DNA of 32,000 nucleotides, taken from Synechococcus sp. A15-24. GTDB lineage: Bacteria > Cyanobacteriota > Cyanobacteriia > PCC-6307 > Cyanobiaceae. The notes beneath the pieces were generated by a model, which worked only from the letters and a program-made list of their open reading frames with translations, made no database searches and was not told where the DNA came from. How positions within the stretch are numbered: position 1 is the stretch's first letter; each line of letters starts with the position of its first letter. Below, piece after piece: positions 16,161 through 28,890 of this stretch. Position numbers and translations under genes: made by a program. Where the stretch lies: NCBI RefSeq assembly GCF_014280195.1, contig NZ_CP047960.1:900001-932000 (forward strand), given 5' to 3'.

Positions 16161-17466
16161 GGTCGTCCCAGAAGCTGGGGTAACTCACGGCTGCAGCATC
16201 GCTGCGCTGCAGGGTCGAATCGCCAGACGCCAGCAATGAGGCCACCGCCAGGCTCATCGCCACCCGGTGGTCGGTTTCGCTGTCCAGAGCAGCGCCCGTC
16301 AACGGGCGTCCGCCGCGGATGGTCATGCCGTCCTCGTGCTCCTCGATCTCAGCACCCATGGCCTTGAGCTGGCGTGCCATCACCGCAAGGCGATCGGTTT
16401 CCTTCACCCGCAGCTCCGAGGCGCCGCTGATCCTGCTTTCGCCATCGCAGAAGCAAGCGGCGACGCTGAGGATCGGAACCTCATCCACGAGGCGGGGCAT
16501 GATTTCTTCGCCGATAGAAAACGGTTTTAACGGTCCATGGGTGATCTTCAGGTCGCCCACCGGTTCACCGGCCACATCGCGACGGTTCAGCACCTCAATC
16601 TGAGCATTCATCTGCTCGAGCACCTCGAGAATGCCTGTTCGGGTGGGATTGAGGCCGACGTTCTCAATGGTGAGGTCCGCGCCAGGCACCAGGGCACCGG
16701 CCACCAGCCAGAAGGCTGCTGAGCTGATGTCTCCCGGGACGACCACCTGTTGGCCCTTCAGGGTGTTGCCGGGGCGAACGGTGATGTGACGCCCCATCTC
16801 GCCCCCCACCTCCAGATCAGCACCAAAGGCCCGCAGCATCCGCTCGCTGTGGTCACGGGACTGGGCCGGTTCGATCACGGTGGTGGTTCCGTCGGCCGTA
16901 ATGGCCGCCAGCAGCAGGGCTGACTTCACCTGAGCACTGGCCACAGGCGTTCCGATCACCGTGCCACGCAGGCTTTGGCCCTGCACCGCCAACGGAGCGA
17001 GGTTGCCGCTCTCACGGCCCCGAACAACTGCCCCCATCGAGGCCAGTGGCTGACCCACCCGTCGCATCGGCCGGCGACGCAGGGAGGCATCACCATCCAG
17101 CACGAAGTGACGGCCGGCCCGTCCAGCCAGCAACCCCAGCATCAGGCGCATGGTGGTGCCGGAGTTGCCGCAATCGAGAATTTCAGCGGGTTCCTGAAGC
17201 CCGTCCAGGCCCACCCCCTCAACGGTGACGAGGCCGCCGGCCTCGATCGGGCTGATCCGCACACCCATTGCCCGCAGGCAAGCGGCGGTGCTGATGGGGT
17301 CTTCCGCCGGCAGCAGACCGTCGATGGTGGTGGTGCCCTCCGCGATGGCACCGAACAGCAGGGAGCGGTGGGAGATCGACTTGTCCCCCGGCACCTTCAT
17401 ATGACCCGACAGCGACCCGCCGGCCTTGAGTTCACGGGCAGGGTGATAAGGGCCGTTGGCGCTCAA
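16141..17466 (-). CDS. aroA: 3-phosphoshikimate 1-carboxyvinyltransferase (EPSP synthase)
   Basis: 441 aa with [21 protein letters not shown] at the N-terminus and LRVKETDRL. Confidence 0.94.
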   Translation of the reverse strand: MSANGPYHPARELKAGGSLSGHMKVPGDKSISHRSLLFGAIAEGTTTIDGLLPAEDPISTAACLRAMGVRISPIEAGGLVTVEGVGLDGLQEPAEILDCGNSGTTMRLMLGLLAGRAGRHFVLDGDASLRRRPMRRVGQPLASMGAVVRGRESGNLAPLAVQGQSLRGTVIGTPVASAQVKSALLLAAITADGTTTVIEPAQSRDHSERMLRAFGADLEVGGEMGRHITVRPGNTLKGQQVVVPGDISSAAFWLVAGALVPGADLTIENVGLNPTRTGILEVLEQMNAQIEVLNRRDVAGEPVGDLKITHGPLKPFSIGEEIMPRLVDEVPILSVAACFCDGESRISGASELRVKETDRLAVMARQLKAMGAEIEEHEDGMTIRGGRPLTGAALDSETDHRVAMSLAVASLLASGDSTLQRSDAAAVSYPSFWDDLDRLRC

Positions 17467-17491
17467 GACTGATCCGTCGTTGGGCCCGATC

Positions 17492-19054
17492 CTATGGGCT
17501 GGTCTTCAGGCCCTGGATCAAGCGATCGAGGGCATAGCCGAACAGGCTCGGATCCGGTTCGTCCTGGCCCAGTCCATCCAGTCCGAGTTCGGACCAGCGC
17601 GCGGACACCCGTTCCTCCAGGTCGGCCGGACGGCTGAGCGGTTCCCCCCAGTCATGGTTTTTCTCCGGACCCACCTTCGTGGTGGCGTCGATGGCCAGAC
17701 GGCCGCCCAGTCCAAGTTGCTCGCTGGCGAAATCGAGGCTGTCGAAGGGGGTGTCCGCCAAGGTGAACAAATCCCGCTGAGGATCAACCTGTGCTGCGAT
17801 TGCCCACACCACCTGGCGCGGGTCCCGCACATTGATGTGCTTGTCCACCACCACCACGAACTTGGTGTACGTGAACTGGGGCAGGGCACTCCAGAAAGCC
17901 ATCGCTGCGCGTTTGGCCTGGCCCGGATACGCCTTGTCGATCGAGATCACCGCCAGCTTGTAGCTGAGGGCTTCCATCGGCAGGAAGAAGTCCGTGATTT
18001 CCGGAATCTGCTGACGCAGGATCGGGGTGTAGATGCGGTTCAGGGCGATGGCCAACATCGCCTCTTCCTTGGGTGGACGCCCACTGAAGGTGGTGAGGAA
18101 CACCGGATCCCGTCGCTGCGTCATGCAGTGGAAGCGCACCAGTGGTGAGTCCTCCACTCCGCCGTAGAAGCCCATGTGGTCGCCGAAGGGGCCGTCGGGC
18201 AGCACCTCGCCTGGGGTGATGGTTCCCTCCAGGACCACTTCACTGTGGCTGGGCACTTGCAGATCCAGGGTCTTGCAGGGGCTGAGACGCACCCCTTCTC
18301 CGGCGTAGATCCCTGCAAACAACCATTCACTCAGCTGCACGGGAATCGGGGTGGCGGCGGCCATCACCAGCAGCGGGTGCACGCCGATGGCAACAGCCAC
18401 CTCAAGCTTCTTGCCAATCGCTGCAGCCTTGCGCAGATGGCGGGCACCGCCCCGCACGCTGAGCCAATGCACGGTCATGGTTTTCACCGACTGCCTCTGC
18501 AGCCGGTAGACCCCCACATTCGGCACGCCGGTTTCCGGGTCTTTGGTGATCACAAGCCCCAGGGTGATCACCCCACCCGCGTCCCCTGGCCAGGGGCGGA
18601 TCAAGGGGATGTTGTCGAGGTTGACCGCGTCACCTTTGAAGATCTGCTGCCGGCAGGGGGGTGTCAGATCACGGTCGGGTTTGGCCTTCACCAGATCCCA
18701 GAACACTCGGGCGAACTGCTTGGTTTCGCTGAGTCCCTTCGGGGGGCGTGGTTGCTGCAGGAGGGCCAGCCTCGAGCCAAGGTCCTCCAGCTGCTCGACT
18801 CGTTCGAGACCCATGCTCCAGACCACCCGTTCCACGGTGCCGAGGGTGTTCACCGCCACCGGCATCGACGACCCGATCACTTTCTCGAACAGCAGGGCGG
18901 GTCCCCCCTGGGAGAGCACGCGGTCTGCAATGGCCGCCAGTTCAAGATCGGGGTCCACCGGTGCTGTGATCCGTTTGAGTTGTCCGCGCTGATCCAGCAC
19001 TTGCAGAAAACCGCGCAGGTCGCGGGTGGCCGGGCCAGATCGGAACAGGGCCAT
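17492..19054 (-). CDS. ubiD: UbiD-family aromatic acid decarboxylase (4-hydroxybenzoate decarboxylase-like)
   Basis: [35 protein letters not shown]...GGPALLFE closely parallels the E. coli UbiD N-terminus. ATG 19054 is preferred over 19120, which would overlap the divergent comB-like start. Confidence 0.88.
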   Translation of the reverse strand: MALFRSGPATRDLRGFLQVLDQRGQLKRITAPVDPDLELAAIADRVLSQGGPALLFEKVIGSSMPVAVNTLGTVERVVWSMGLERVEQLEDLGSRLALLQQPRPPKGLSETKQFARVFWDLVKAKPDRDLTPPCRQQIFKGDAVNLDNIPLIRPWPGDAGGVITLGLVITKDPETGVPNVGVYRLQRQSVKTMTVHWLSVRGGARHLRKAAAIGKKLEVAVAIGVHPLLVMAAATPIPVQLSEWLFAGIYAGEGVRLSPCKTLDLQVPSHSEVVLEGTITPGEVLPDGPFGDHMGFYGGVEDSPLVRFHCMTQRRDPVFLTTFSGRPPKEEAMLAIALNRIYTPILRQQIPEITDFFLPMEALSYKLAVISIDKAYPGQAKRAAMAFWSALPQFTYTKFVVVVDKHINVRDPRQVVWAIAAQVDPQRDLFTLADTPFDSLDFASEQLGLGGRLAIDATTKVGPEKNHDWGEPLSRPADLEERVSARWSELGLDGLGQDEPDPSLFGYALDRLIQGLKTSP

Positions 19055-19118
19055 GGAGGCGACGAGGAGATCACGGTCGATCTCGGTACTGTGTCGCACG
19101 CCGATGATGAGCGTGGCC

Positions 19119-19847
19119 ATGCAGATCTTCTATTTCCACGTTCCGGCGGAGATGCCGGCGGATGCCAGCCCTGATGCAGCGGTGGTGATCGATGTGCTGC
19201 GCGCCACCACCACCATCGCCTGGGCTCTGCACCACGGAGCGGAAGCGGTGCAGGCCTTCGCTGATCTGGAGGATCTGCGGGCGGCGGCCGAGGCCTGGCC
19301 TGCCGACCAGCGACTGCTGCTGGGCGAGCGCGGGGGGCAGACCCTGGCGGGCTTTGACCTGGGAAATTCCCCCGTGGCTGTTGTACCCGCAACCGTGTCC
19401 GGCAAACGCCTGTTCATGAGCACCACCAACGGCACCCGTGCCCTGGATCGGGTGCGTCAGGTGCCTTTGTTGGTGACAGCTGCTCTGCCGAACCGTGAAG
19501 CGGTGGCCCAGCGTCTGTTGAAGGAATCACCTGAAACCGTGGCCATTTTGGGCAGCGGTTGGGAAGGGACGTACTCCCTCGAGGATTCCCTTGCTGCGGG
19601 TGCTCTGGCGGCGCGCCTGCAGGAGCTGAGTCAAGCGGTGACGCTCGCCAACGATGAAGCCACAGCAGCTACGGCCCTGTGGCAGCAGTGGCGTCATGAT
19701 CCCGAAGCCTGTCTGCGTACGGCCAGCCACGGGCAACGGCTGATCCGGCTCGGTGACCATGACGACGACTTCCGCTGCTGTGCCGGCCTGGACCAGTTGA
19801 GTGTCGTTCCAACGCAACAGTCGCCGGGAGTGCTACGAGCGATCTGA
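19119..19847 (+). CDS. comB: 2-phosphosulfolactate phosphatase (ComB) family protein
   Basis: MQIFYFH...[13 protein letters not shown] is a typical family N-terminus. ATG 19119 is chosen over the ORF-track start 19026. Confidence 0.75.
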   Translation: MQIFYFHVPAEMPADASPDAAVVIDVLRATTTIAWALHHGAEAVQAFADLEDLRAAAEAWPADQRLLLGERGGQTLAGFDLGNSPVAVVPATVSGKRLFMSTTNGTRALDRVRQVPLLVTAALPNREAVAQRLLKESPETVAILGSGWEGTYSLEDSLAAGALAARLQELSQAVTLANDEATAATALWQQWRHDPEACLRTASHGQRLIRLGDHDDDFRCCAGLDQLSVVPTQQSPGVLRAI

Positions 19848-19881
19848 ACGCCTCTAAAGTCCGACTCATTCTCCAGATCCC

Positions 19882-20703
19882 GTGAACGACTTCCTGGCGG
19901 CTGCCGTGCAGCTCACGAGCAGCCAGGACCCGGAAATCAATTTCAATGCCGCCGAGGAGCAGATCGATCTGGCGGCTCGACGTGGTGCGGATCTGGTGGG
20001 TTTGCCTGAGAACTTCGCCTTCATGGGCGAGGACAGTCGCCGCCTGGAGCTGGCGTCTGACCTGGCCGAACGCTGCAGCCGCTTTCTGGTGACGATGGCG
20101 CGGCGCTACCAGGTGGTGCTGCTGGGCGGAGGATTCCCTGCGCCGGTGGGTGATGGCTCGAGGACGTTGAACCGGGCAGAACTGGTGGACCGGGATGGCC
20201 AGCTGTTGGCCCGCTACGACAAGATCCACCTCTTCGACGTTGACCTTCCCGACGGCAACACCTATCGCGAGTCGGCAACCGTGAATGCCGGCCAGGAGCT
20301 GCCGCCTGTGGTGGATGTTCCGGGTCTGTGCAAGGTGGGTCTGTCCATCTGTTACGACGTTCGCTTCCCTGAGCTGTATCGACACCTCGTGGGGGCTGGA
20401 GCCGATCTGCTGATGATTCCAGCCGCTTTCACCGCCTTTACCGGCAAGGACCACTGGCAAGTGCTGCTTCAGGCCCGAGCCATCGAAAACACCGCCTACG
20501 TGCTGGCTCCGGCGCAGACCGGCCTGCACTACGGGCGTCGCCACAGCCATGGTCACGCCATGGTGATTGATCCTTGGGGCACGGTGTTGGCCGATGCGGG
20601 TGTGTTGCCTGGGGCTGCGATTGCACCCGTCAACACGGCCCATCAGGGACATGTTCGGGATCAGATGCCGAGCCTGCGCCACCGCCGGCCGGCATTGTTC
20701 TGA
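19882..20703 (+). CDS. carbon-nitrogen hydrolase (nitrilase superfamily, Nit-like amidase)
   Basis: The Glu-Lys-Cys triad context is visible: GLPENF, YDKIHLFDV and GLSICYDVRFPE. GTG start. Confidence 0.82.
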   Translation: MNDFLAAAVQLTSSQDPEINFNAAEEQIDLAARRGADLVGLPENFAFMGEDSRRLELASDLAERCSRFLVTMARRYQVVLLGGGFPAPVGDGSRTLNRAELVDRDGQLLARYDKIHLFDVDLPDGNTYRESATVNAGQELPPVVDVPGLCKVGLSICYDVRFPELYRHLVGAGADLLMIPAAFTAFTGKDHWQVLLQARAIENTAYVLAPAQTGLHYGRRHSHGHAMVIDPWGTVLADAGVLPGAAIAPVNTAHQGHVRDQMPSLRHRRPALF

Positions 20704-20708
20704 CGTCG

Positions 20709-21803
20709 ATGTTGAGGGCGACGCCCCGCCGATGGCGCTGCTTTGCGGCAGTGGCATTGCAGCTCTGTTTGATGCTGCCCTCGCTGCCGGCTCAGGCGGC
20801 CAGTGCTCTGGCGGCCTGGGCGCTCACTGAGAACGGCACGCTGCAGTTGCGCACCAGCCGCAATGCAAGGCTTCAGGCCTTTTTTCAGGACGCCAGCGAC
20901 GGCCGCGGCACCCGCGTCTGGGTCGATTTTCCCGGTGAACTTCGCTTTCCCCGTCGGCTGACGGGCCGCGGCGCGGTCAAGGAGATCCGACTGGGCAAGC
21001 CACGGCCTGGGGCCACGCGTTTGGTGGTGGAGTTCCGTCCCGGTGTGAAACTGGATCCCAGTCAGTTGAAACTGAGGGGGACGGCCCCCGATCGCTGGGA
21101 GCTGAACTTCACCGGTCTGCCCACCCGTGGGCTCGATGATTTGGGCGAAGGGGATCTCTCGGGCCGCGCCACGGCCTGGCGACCTCCTGGCCGCTTCGCC
21201 CCAAGCCGTACGCCGGTGGATCCCTCAGGACTCCCCACCGTGACCCGCGGCCGCTACACAATCGTCATCGACCCTGGCCACGGCGGACCGGATCCAGGCG
21301 CAGTCGGCATCGGCGGACTGCGGGAGACCGATGTGGTGCTGGATGTGTCTCTGCAGGTGGCCGCTCTGTTGCGAGCCCGCGGCGTCGACGTGTTGCTGAC
21401 GCGCACCGGAGATGTGGATGTTGATCTGCCGCCGCGGGTTTCCCTGGCGAATCGCTCCTCCGCCACCGCCTTCATCAGCATCCATGCCAACGCCCTCAGC
21501 ATGCGGCGCCAGGACGTCAATGGGATTGAAACCTTTTTCTACTCGGACCCTCGATCCGGCCGGTTAGCCGGCTATTTGCAGCAGCAGATTATGGATGTGT
21601 CGCCTGGAACGCCCAACCGCGGTGTGCGCCGCGGCCGCTTCTTTGTGATCCGGCGGACGGTGATGCCGGCCGCATTGGTGGAGATGGGTTTTGTTACCGG
21701 AGCCATCGATGCCCCCCGACTCGCCAGGGCCGATCACCGGCGTCGCTTGGCCCTGGCCCTGGCCACGGGGATTCTTAATTACCTCCGCCAGGAGGTGCGA
21801 TGA
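20709..21803 (+). CDS. amiC: N-acetylmuramoyl-L-alanine amidase with signal peptide and AMIN-like N-terminal domain
   Basis: Signal peptide MLRATPRRWRCFAAVALQLCLMLPSLPAQA. Amidase_3 signature IVIDPGHGGPDPGAVG together with ISIHANA. Confidence 0.88.
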   Translation: MLRATPRRWRCFAAVALQLCLMLPSLPAQAASALAAWALTENGTLQLRTSRNARLQAFFQDASDGRGTRVWVDFPGELRFPRRLTGRGAVKEIRLGKPRPGATRLVVEFRPGVKLDPSQLKLRGTAPDRWELNFTGLPTRGLDDLGEGDLSGRATAWRPPGRFAPSRTPVDPSGLPTVTRGRYTIVIDPGHGGPDPGAVGIGGLRETDVVLDVSLQVAALLRARGVDVLLTRTGDVDVDLPPRVSLANRSSATAFISIHANALSMRRQDVNGIETFFYSDPRSGRLAGYLQQQIMDVSPGTPNRGVRRGRFFVIRRTVMPAALVEMGFVTGAIDAPRLARADHRRRLALALATGILNYLRQEVR

Positions 21804-22588
21804 GTCCGCGGCTTGGCTTTTTCGACAGCGGTGTCGGGGGATTGACCGTGCTTCGGCGGGTGCTGGAACGCCATGGTTCGGTGTCGTGTGTGTATCTCGG
21901 CGATACAGAAAGGGTCCCCTACGGCAACCGACCTCCGGCGGAGATTCGTCGCATTGCCGCTGAAGTGGTCGGCTGGTTGCGGGATCAGCAGGTGTCGACG
22001 GTGGTGATGGCCTGCAACACCACCAATGCCCTGGCGCGGGACGTGGCTGAGGGGCAGGCGGGTGGCCCGGTGATCGGGCTAATCGGTGCCGCGGCGGCCA
22101 TGGTGGAAACCCGGCGGGTGGGAGTGCTGGCGACACCAGCCACGGTGGCCTCGGCGGCCTACAGCGCCAGCATCGAAGCCCTCCATCCCGGAGCTCTTGT
22201 CGTGGAGCAGGCTTGTCCGGCTTTCGTTCCCTTGATTGAGGCCGGTGACTGCAGCAGTGACGAACTGAGACAGGTGGCCAAGGCTTATCTCGATCCCCTG
22301 TTGGCGGCCTCCGTGGAAACGATTGTGCTCGGCTGCACCCACTACCCATTGCTGATTCCTTTGTTGAAGCAGTTGCTGCCGGATGCCATTCAGTTGATTG
22401 ACCCTGCTCTCGGAGTGGCCCGTCAGTTGGATGCCGTTCTCGGTGTTCCCCGGTCAACACCCGGCGACACCCTTGAGCTTGGGCAATGCCGCTTTTGCGT
22501 CACTGCGGATCCTGACGGTTTTGCCAACCGCGCCACTCCCTGGCTTGGGGCCCGCCCTGAGGTTCATTTGCAACGGCTGCAGAGCTGA
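21800..22588 (+). CDS. murI: glutamate racemase
   Basis: GFFDSGVGGLTVL, MACNTT and GCTHYP (the two catalytic Cys contexts). ATGA overlap with amiC. Confidence 0.92.
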   Translation: MSPRLGFFDSGVGGLTVLRRVLERHGSVSCVYLGDTERVPYGNRPPAEIRRIAAEVVGWLRDQQVSTVVMACNTTNALARDVAEGQAGGPVIGLIGAAAAMVETRRVGVLATPATVASAAYSASIEALHPGALVVEQACPAFVPLIEAGDCSSDELRQVAKAYLDPLLAASVETIVLGCTHYPLLIPLLKQLLPDAIQLIDPALGVARQLDAVLGVPRSTPGDTLELGQCRFCVTADPDGFANRATPWLGARPEVHLQRLQS

Positions 22589-22625
22589 GGCCATCACCAC
22601 TAGGATCGCGGCGCCGAGAGGTTTC

Positions 22626-23597
22626 ATGATCACCGTCACCGAGCTGCTGCAACCGGTCGAAACCGATCTCGAAACTCTGCTCGGAGATCTGCGCAGCCTG
22701 ATTGGCGCCGGACATCCAATTCTTCAGGCCGCTGCCGAGCATCTCTTCAGCGCCGGTGGCAAAAGGCTTCGCCCCGGCATTGTTCTTTTGCTGTCCCGCG
22801 CACTTTCCGCTGACGGCCAGCTAACACCAAGGCATCGACGCTTGGCCGAGATCACCGAGATGATCCATACGGCCTCGCTCGTTCACGATGATGTGGTCGA
22901 TGAGGCGTCCACCCGTCGTGGTGTGGACACCGTCCATAGCCGCTTTGATGCGCGTGTTGCCGTTCTGGCCGGTGATTTTCTCTTTGCGCAGGCCAGCTGG
23001 CATCTCGCCAACCTCGATGACCTTGAGGTGGTGAAGCTGCTCAGCCGCGTGATCATGGATCTGGCGGATGGTGAGGTGAAGCAGGGTCTCTTCCGTTTCG
23101 ACACCGCGCAGAGCTTCGAGACTTACCTCGAAAAGAGCTATTGCAAAACCGCCTCGTTGATCGCCAACAGTGCACGGGCCGCAGGGGTTCTCAGTGGTTG
23201 TTCCGCATCTGAGCTGGATGGGCTGTACTGCTTCGGCCGTCAGCTGGGGCTGGCGTTCCAAGTGGTGGACGACATCCTCGATTTCACCGGCAGTGATCAG
23301 CAGCTCGGCAAGCCCGCTGCCAGCGACCTGGCCAGCGGCTATCTGACGGCCCCCACCTTTTACGCCATGGAGGAGCACCCAGGCCTGCAGGCCTTGATTG
23401 CCCGTGAGTTTGCAGAGCCAGGGGACCTTGACCAGGCCCTGGAGATGGTGCGCTCCTCCCGCGCCATTCCTCGTACCAGGGAATTGGCGGAAACCTTCGC
23501 TCGGGAATCCCGTGACGCCATTGCCTGGATGACCGACTCCCCCTGCAAGCGGGCCCTGCTGGAGCTTCCTGACTTTGTGCTCAGCCGTCTGTACTGA
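22626..23597 (+). CDS. sds: solanesyl (all-trans-nonaprenyl) diphosphate synthase
   Basis: 323-aa trans-prenyltransferase with the first Asp-rich motif LVHDDVVDE and the second, VVDDILDF. ATG 22626 is chosen because the ORF-track start 22398 lies inside murI. Confidence 0.88.
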   Translation: MITVTELLQPVETDLETLLGDLRSLIGAGHPILQAAAEHLFSAGGKRLRPGIVLLLSRALSADGQLTPRHRRLAEITEMIHTASLVHDDVVDEASTRRGVDTVHSRFDARVAVLAGDFLFAQASWHLANLDDLEVVKLLSRVIMDLADGEVKQGLFRFDTAQSFETYLEKSYCKTASLIANSARAAGVLSGCSASELDGLYCFGRQLGLAFQVVDDILDFTGSDQQLGKPAASDLASGYLTAPTFYAMEEHPGLQALIAREFAEPGDLDQALEMVRSSRAIPRTRELAETFARESRDAIAWMTDSPCKRALLELPDFVLSRLY

Positions 23598-24240
23598 CCA
23601 ACATGTCCAGAACGACACCAAGACTGTTGATGTGCCTTGGATTCACATCCATTGCTTGGGTTAGTCCATGTTCATTCAGCACCCAGACGTGGCACCCGGC
23701 TGACAGCGCAGCCGCTGTGCCTGCCTGAGAATCCTCCAGGGCCCAACAGGTCTTGGGATCAAAGCCAAGCCGTGACGCGGCCAGAAGGAATGGTGCAGGG
23801 TCCGGCTTGCCGGCTTCGAGCTCTGGATCGTCTCCGTGGACCCTGAGTTGGATCCGCTTCAGCCAGGGATGGGGTGCGGCTTTAAAGCTCACGGCTTCAA
23901 GGCTGCTGCTGGTGACCAAGGCCATCTGAATTCCTCGGTGATCGCAGTGCTCCACCAGCTCTTGAGCGAAGGGCATGGCCTTGGCGTTGGGAAGCAGCGC
24001 CCTCACGATCGGCTGCTGAACTGCCAGCAAGTCGTCTGATTCCACAGGACGCGGCAGCCAGCTGCTCACCAGGGCGGCGCAGTCGAGACGACGACGCCCC
24101 TTGAGTTGCAGCAACTGGTCGTTGCTGAGCTGCGCTCCGAAGTGTCTGGCGGCTTCGGACCAGCCTCGGCTGTGCAAGGGCTCCGTGTCGAGCAGCAATC
24201 CATCCAGATCGAACAGGCAGGCTGCGGGAAGAGCTGGCAC
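23581..24240 (-). CDS. HAD-superfamily hydrolase (subfamily IA, phosphatase/beta-phosphoglucomutase-like)
   Basis: Motif I is [13 protein letters not shown]; a motif II-like VTSS and a C-terminal EDSQAG are also present. Confidence 0.82.
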   Translation of the reverse strand: MPALPAACLFDLDGLLLDTEPLHSRGWSEAARHFGAQLSNDQLLQLKGRRRLDCAALVSSWLPRPVESDDLLAVQQPIVRALLPNAKAMPFAQELVEHCDHRGIQMALVTSSSLEAVSFKAAPHPWLKRIQLRVHGDDPELEAGKPDPAPFLLAASRLGFDPKTCWALEDSQAGTAAALSAGCHVWVLNEHGLTQAMDVNPRHINSLGVVLDMLVSTDG

Positions 24241-24320
24241 GCCATCCGGGAGCTCGGCAGGTTCCAGTCAAACGCGCCGTGGTTTCACCCTCTGTCCGAC
24301 GGATTGATACGGGTCATGGA

Positions 24321-26348
<2,028 letters not shown>

Positions 26349-26349
26349 G

Positions 26350-27072
26350 TCAGCTGGACCAGCTGCTAATCACCTCGGTCAACTGACGGATGACACCGAC
26401 TCGTTTCGGGTCATCCGCCCAGTCGCCAAGGATGCTGCGCCTCAACCCCGCACTGGCTGGGGTGAGGTGGTCGCCTGGTAGCTGCAACACCTCGGTGCGG
26501 TTCTGCGGTCGTTGCTCAAGGGCCTGCAGCAAGGCATCGCTCTGATCCAGTTGATCGCGGCCGAACCGCACCAGCAAGTTGCGTTCCTGCTGGTAGTGCC
26601 GGCTGATCAGCCGAAGGGTCTCCCCAGGTGACGGACTGAACTCTGTTTCAACCCCCAGCCGTGGGGCGATCTCCCCGAGCAGGGGGATCGATCGATCCGC
26701 CTGAAAATTGTTGAAACTGAGAGCCACCAAACCTCGGCTGTTCCTCCCCCCGTCCGGAGCCAGCAGCTGCAATTTGCAACCGAGGCTGTGACCGAGCCGC
26801 AGCGGCATCGGCAACGGGCCGTAACGCTCCTCGAGCTGTTTGCGTGCGGTCCGAAACTCGGACCAGGCCTCCCGGGCCTGGCTTTGATGATCAAACCCCG
26901 GCACATAGGCCCAGGCGTTGACCACCAGGCCGTTGTTGCTGAGATCTTCGAGCATTCGACGGTAACTCACCTGGGGCGTGGCAGCCAGGTAGCTCCCACC
27001 GATGAAATCCACCTGGCCGACGGGCCGTGATGGTCTCAGTTGCCAGATCTTTCCTTGTTGACGCCAATCCAT
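26350..27072 (-). CDS. DUF1350-family conserved protein (alpha/beta-fold-like)
   Basis: 240 aa. VDFIGGSYLAATPQVSYRRMLEDLSNNGLVVNAWAY...FDH matches the DUF1350 pattern as I recall it. Confidence 0.75.
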   Translation of the reverse strand: MDWRQQGKIWQLRPSRPVGQVDFIGGSYLAATPQVSYRRMLEDLSNNGLVVNAWAYVPGFDHQSQAREAWSEFRTARKQLEERYGPLPMPLRLGHSLGCKLQLLAPDGGRNSRGLVALSFNNFQADRSIPLLGEIAPRLGVETEFSPSPGETLRLISRHYQQERNLLVRFGRDQLDQSDALLQALEQRPQNRTEVLQLPGDHLTPASAGLRRSILGDWADDPKRVGVIRQLTEVISSWSS

Positions 27073-27078
27073 CTGTGA

Positions 27079-27534
27079 TCAGCCCTGGAGGGAGGCGATC
27101 ACCCGTTCCGCTTCTCGCACGTGGGCAGGACCATCCAGAAGGTTGCTGAAGATGTGCCGGATGACCCCTCCACCATCCACCACATAGGTCACCCGACCGG
27201 GCATCAGCCCGAGGGCCTTGGGAACCCCAAGGCTGCGGCGAAGACTGTTGTTCCGATCGACCAGCAGGGGGAAGTTCAGTCCATGGCGTGTCGCGAAGCG
27301 GCGGTGGCTGATGGCGTCATCACCACTGATGCCCCAGACCTCGGCTCCGAGTTCCTGAAAGGCGGCACTGCTGTCGCGAAAGCTGCAGGCCTGAATTGTG
27401 CACCCTGGCGTGTCGTCCTTGGGGTAGAAGAACAGCACCAGCCAGCGGCCACGCACCATCTCGGGAGTCCGCTGCTCGCCATCCTGATCATCCAGACAGA
27501 AGCCGGGCAGGGAGTCGCCGACGCCAAGGGCCAT
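27079..27534 (-). CDS. bcp: thiol peroxidase / peroxiredoxin Bcp (PrxQ type)
   Basis: FYPKDDTPGCTIQAC contains the peroxidatic Cys motif TPGCT with a resolving Cys 5 residues on. 151 aa. Confidence 0.9.
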   Translation of the reverse strand: MALGVGDSLPGFCLDDQDGEQRTPEMVRGRWLVLFFYPKDDTPGCTIQACSFRDSSAAFQELGAEVWGISGDDAISHRRFATRHGLNFPLLVDRNNSLRRSLGVPKALGLMPGRVTYVVDGGGVIRHIFSNLLDGPAHVREAERVIASLQG

Positions 27535-27618
27535 TGGCTTGATTTATCAGCAAAGACCCTAAGCAGAGAACCACTTGCACCGAGCGAGACAATCGACTTG
27601 GGGATTGGGAGCGTGCAA

Positions 27619-28389
27619 ATGGCTGATCAGTTGACCTTGTTGGAGGCGGTGCCGGAGCAGTGTCCTGAGCCGGAGGCTCCGGCAGGTCCTGCCACGCTTC
27701 TGATCATTGACACCGAGACCACAGGGCTGGATCCGGAGAAGGATCGTTGCCTCGAAGTCGGGGCGATTTTGTTTGATGTGTCGGCACGATCCGTTCTGGC
27801 GCAGCAGTCCTTTCTGTTGCCGGTGGAATCCAATGCGGCGGAACCGATCAACCGGATCCCCGCGTCGGTCACACGGTTGCCTCAGCCCTGGACTGGTGCA
27901 CTGCGCTGGTTGGATGAACTCCTCTCCGCCTCGGACGTGCTGGTGGCCCACAACGCTGCCTTCGATCGTCAGTGGTTTGGTCGGGATCCCTTGCCTGCCG
28001 TCAGCCATCCATGGCTTTGTTCGATGGAGGACTTGCGCTGGCCTGCCGATCGCCAGCTGCGTTCACGGCCTTCCGTGCGGGATCTCGCTCTGGCTTATGG
28101 CGTTCCGGTCTGGTCAGCCCATCGGGCATTGACCGATTGCATCTATCTGGCGGAGGTGTTCGCCCGTTGCGACGATCTGGAGACGATGCTGCTGCACGGC
28201 CTTGAGCCCCGCCAGTTAATGCGGGCCAGGGTGTCCTACGACGACCGCCATCTCGCACGGGATGCTGGATTCCGCTGGAACGATCCTGTGAAAGGGGCCT
28301 GGACTCGCCGCCTGAGCCAACGGGAGGTCAAGAGCCTCGATTTTCCTGTTGAGGTCGTTGAACCTGGTCCGGAACGCCGCGCTGCCTGA
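27619..28389 (+). CDS. DEDDh 3'-5' exonuclease (DNA polymerase III epsilon-like domain protein)
   Basis: Exo I is LLIIDTETTGLD, Exo II is LVAHNAAFDRQW and Exo III is HRALTDCIYLAEVF. ATG 27619 is used; the ORF-track 27121 extension is antisense to bcp. Confidence 0.85.
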   Translation: MADQLTLLEAVPEQCPEPEAPAGPATLLIIDTETTGLDPEKDRCLEVGAILFDVSARSVLAQQSFLLPVESNAAEPINRIPASVTRLPQPWTGALRWLDELLSASDVLVAHNAAFDRQWFGRDPLPAVSHPWLCSMEDLRWPADRQLRSRPSVRDLALAYGVPVWSAHRALTDCIYLAEVFARCDDLETMLLHGLEPRQLMRARVSYDDRHLARDAGFRWNDPVKGAWTRRLSQREVKSLDFPVEVVEPGPERRAA

Positions 28390-28485
28390 GCCGGGACGTC
28401 TGGTACAGATGCTCTTTTGCTTCAGCACTCCGAAGCGACTGGGGTGGTTTGGTTTGTTTGGCTGTCTCCACAGCAGGGTGAAGCC

Positions 28486-28734
28486 ATGGCCATTTTCATC
28501 CACCGTCGTCGTCATCCCATCCAGAACCGCTTGCGGCAGTGGCAGCAGGTGCGCACCTGGGCTCGGCTGATCCGGGAGGCCGAAGCGCTCTGGCATGTGA
28601 ACGTTCGTGCGTTGCGGCGCATGGGTGCTGAGGAACTCTCGCAGTTGCTGGAAGAAGTGCCTCCGGCTCAACGTCGCCGCATCAATCGTTGGTTGGATGG
28701 TTATTGCGTGTCCACACGATTGCGACGGGAGTAA
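28486..28734 (+). CDS. small basic hypothetical protein
   Basis: 82 aa from ATG 28486 (MAIFIHRRRHPIQNRL...). It has the best codon-position GC bias among three overlapping ORFs here. No family recognised. Confidence 0.5.
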   Translation: MAIFIHRRRHPIQNRLRQWQQVRTWARLIREAEALWHVNVRALRRMGAEELSQLLEEVPPAQRRRINRWLDGYCVSTRLRRE

Positions 28735-28815
28735 ACCGACTTGACCCGAATCAAGCGCCTTGATTCGTCAATGACATGAACGAGAACCAGCACGAGGCTT
28801 GGAGATTGAACTTTC

Positions 28816-28845
28816 CTTAACCTGGTCCTAACGACGGATTCGTTT
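28816..28845 (+). promoter_or_regulatory. Pho box (PhoB-type binding site) of the pstS promoter
   Basis: Three 8-bp direct repeats with 3-bp linkers: CTTAACCT ggt CCTAACGA cgg ATTCGTTT. The site ends 45 nt upstream of the pstS ATG. Confidence 0.7.
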
Positions 28846-28890
28846 TAAGTTGGCTACTCCTAGGACGCCAACTTCCCCATTAGGCCTCCC

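Noticed and set aside
28216-28671. 151-codon minus-strand ORF and the + strand ORF 28349-28570 between the exonuclease gene and pstS
   Set aside because: They overlap the exonuclease 3' end and each other, and neither has a motif. The + strand frame from ATG 28486 has a better codon-position bias, so only that one is reported, at modest confidence.
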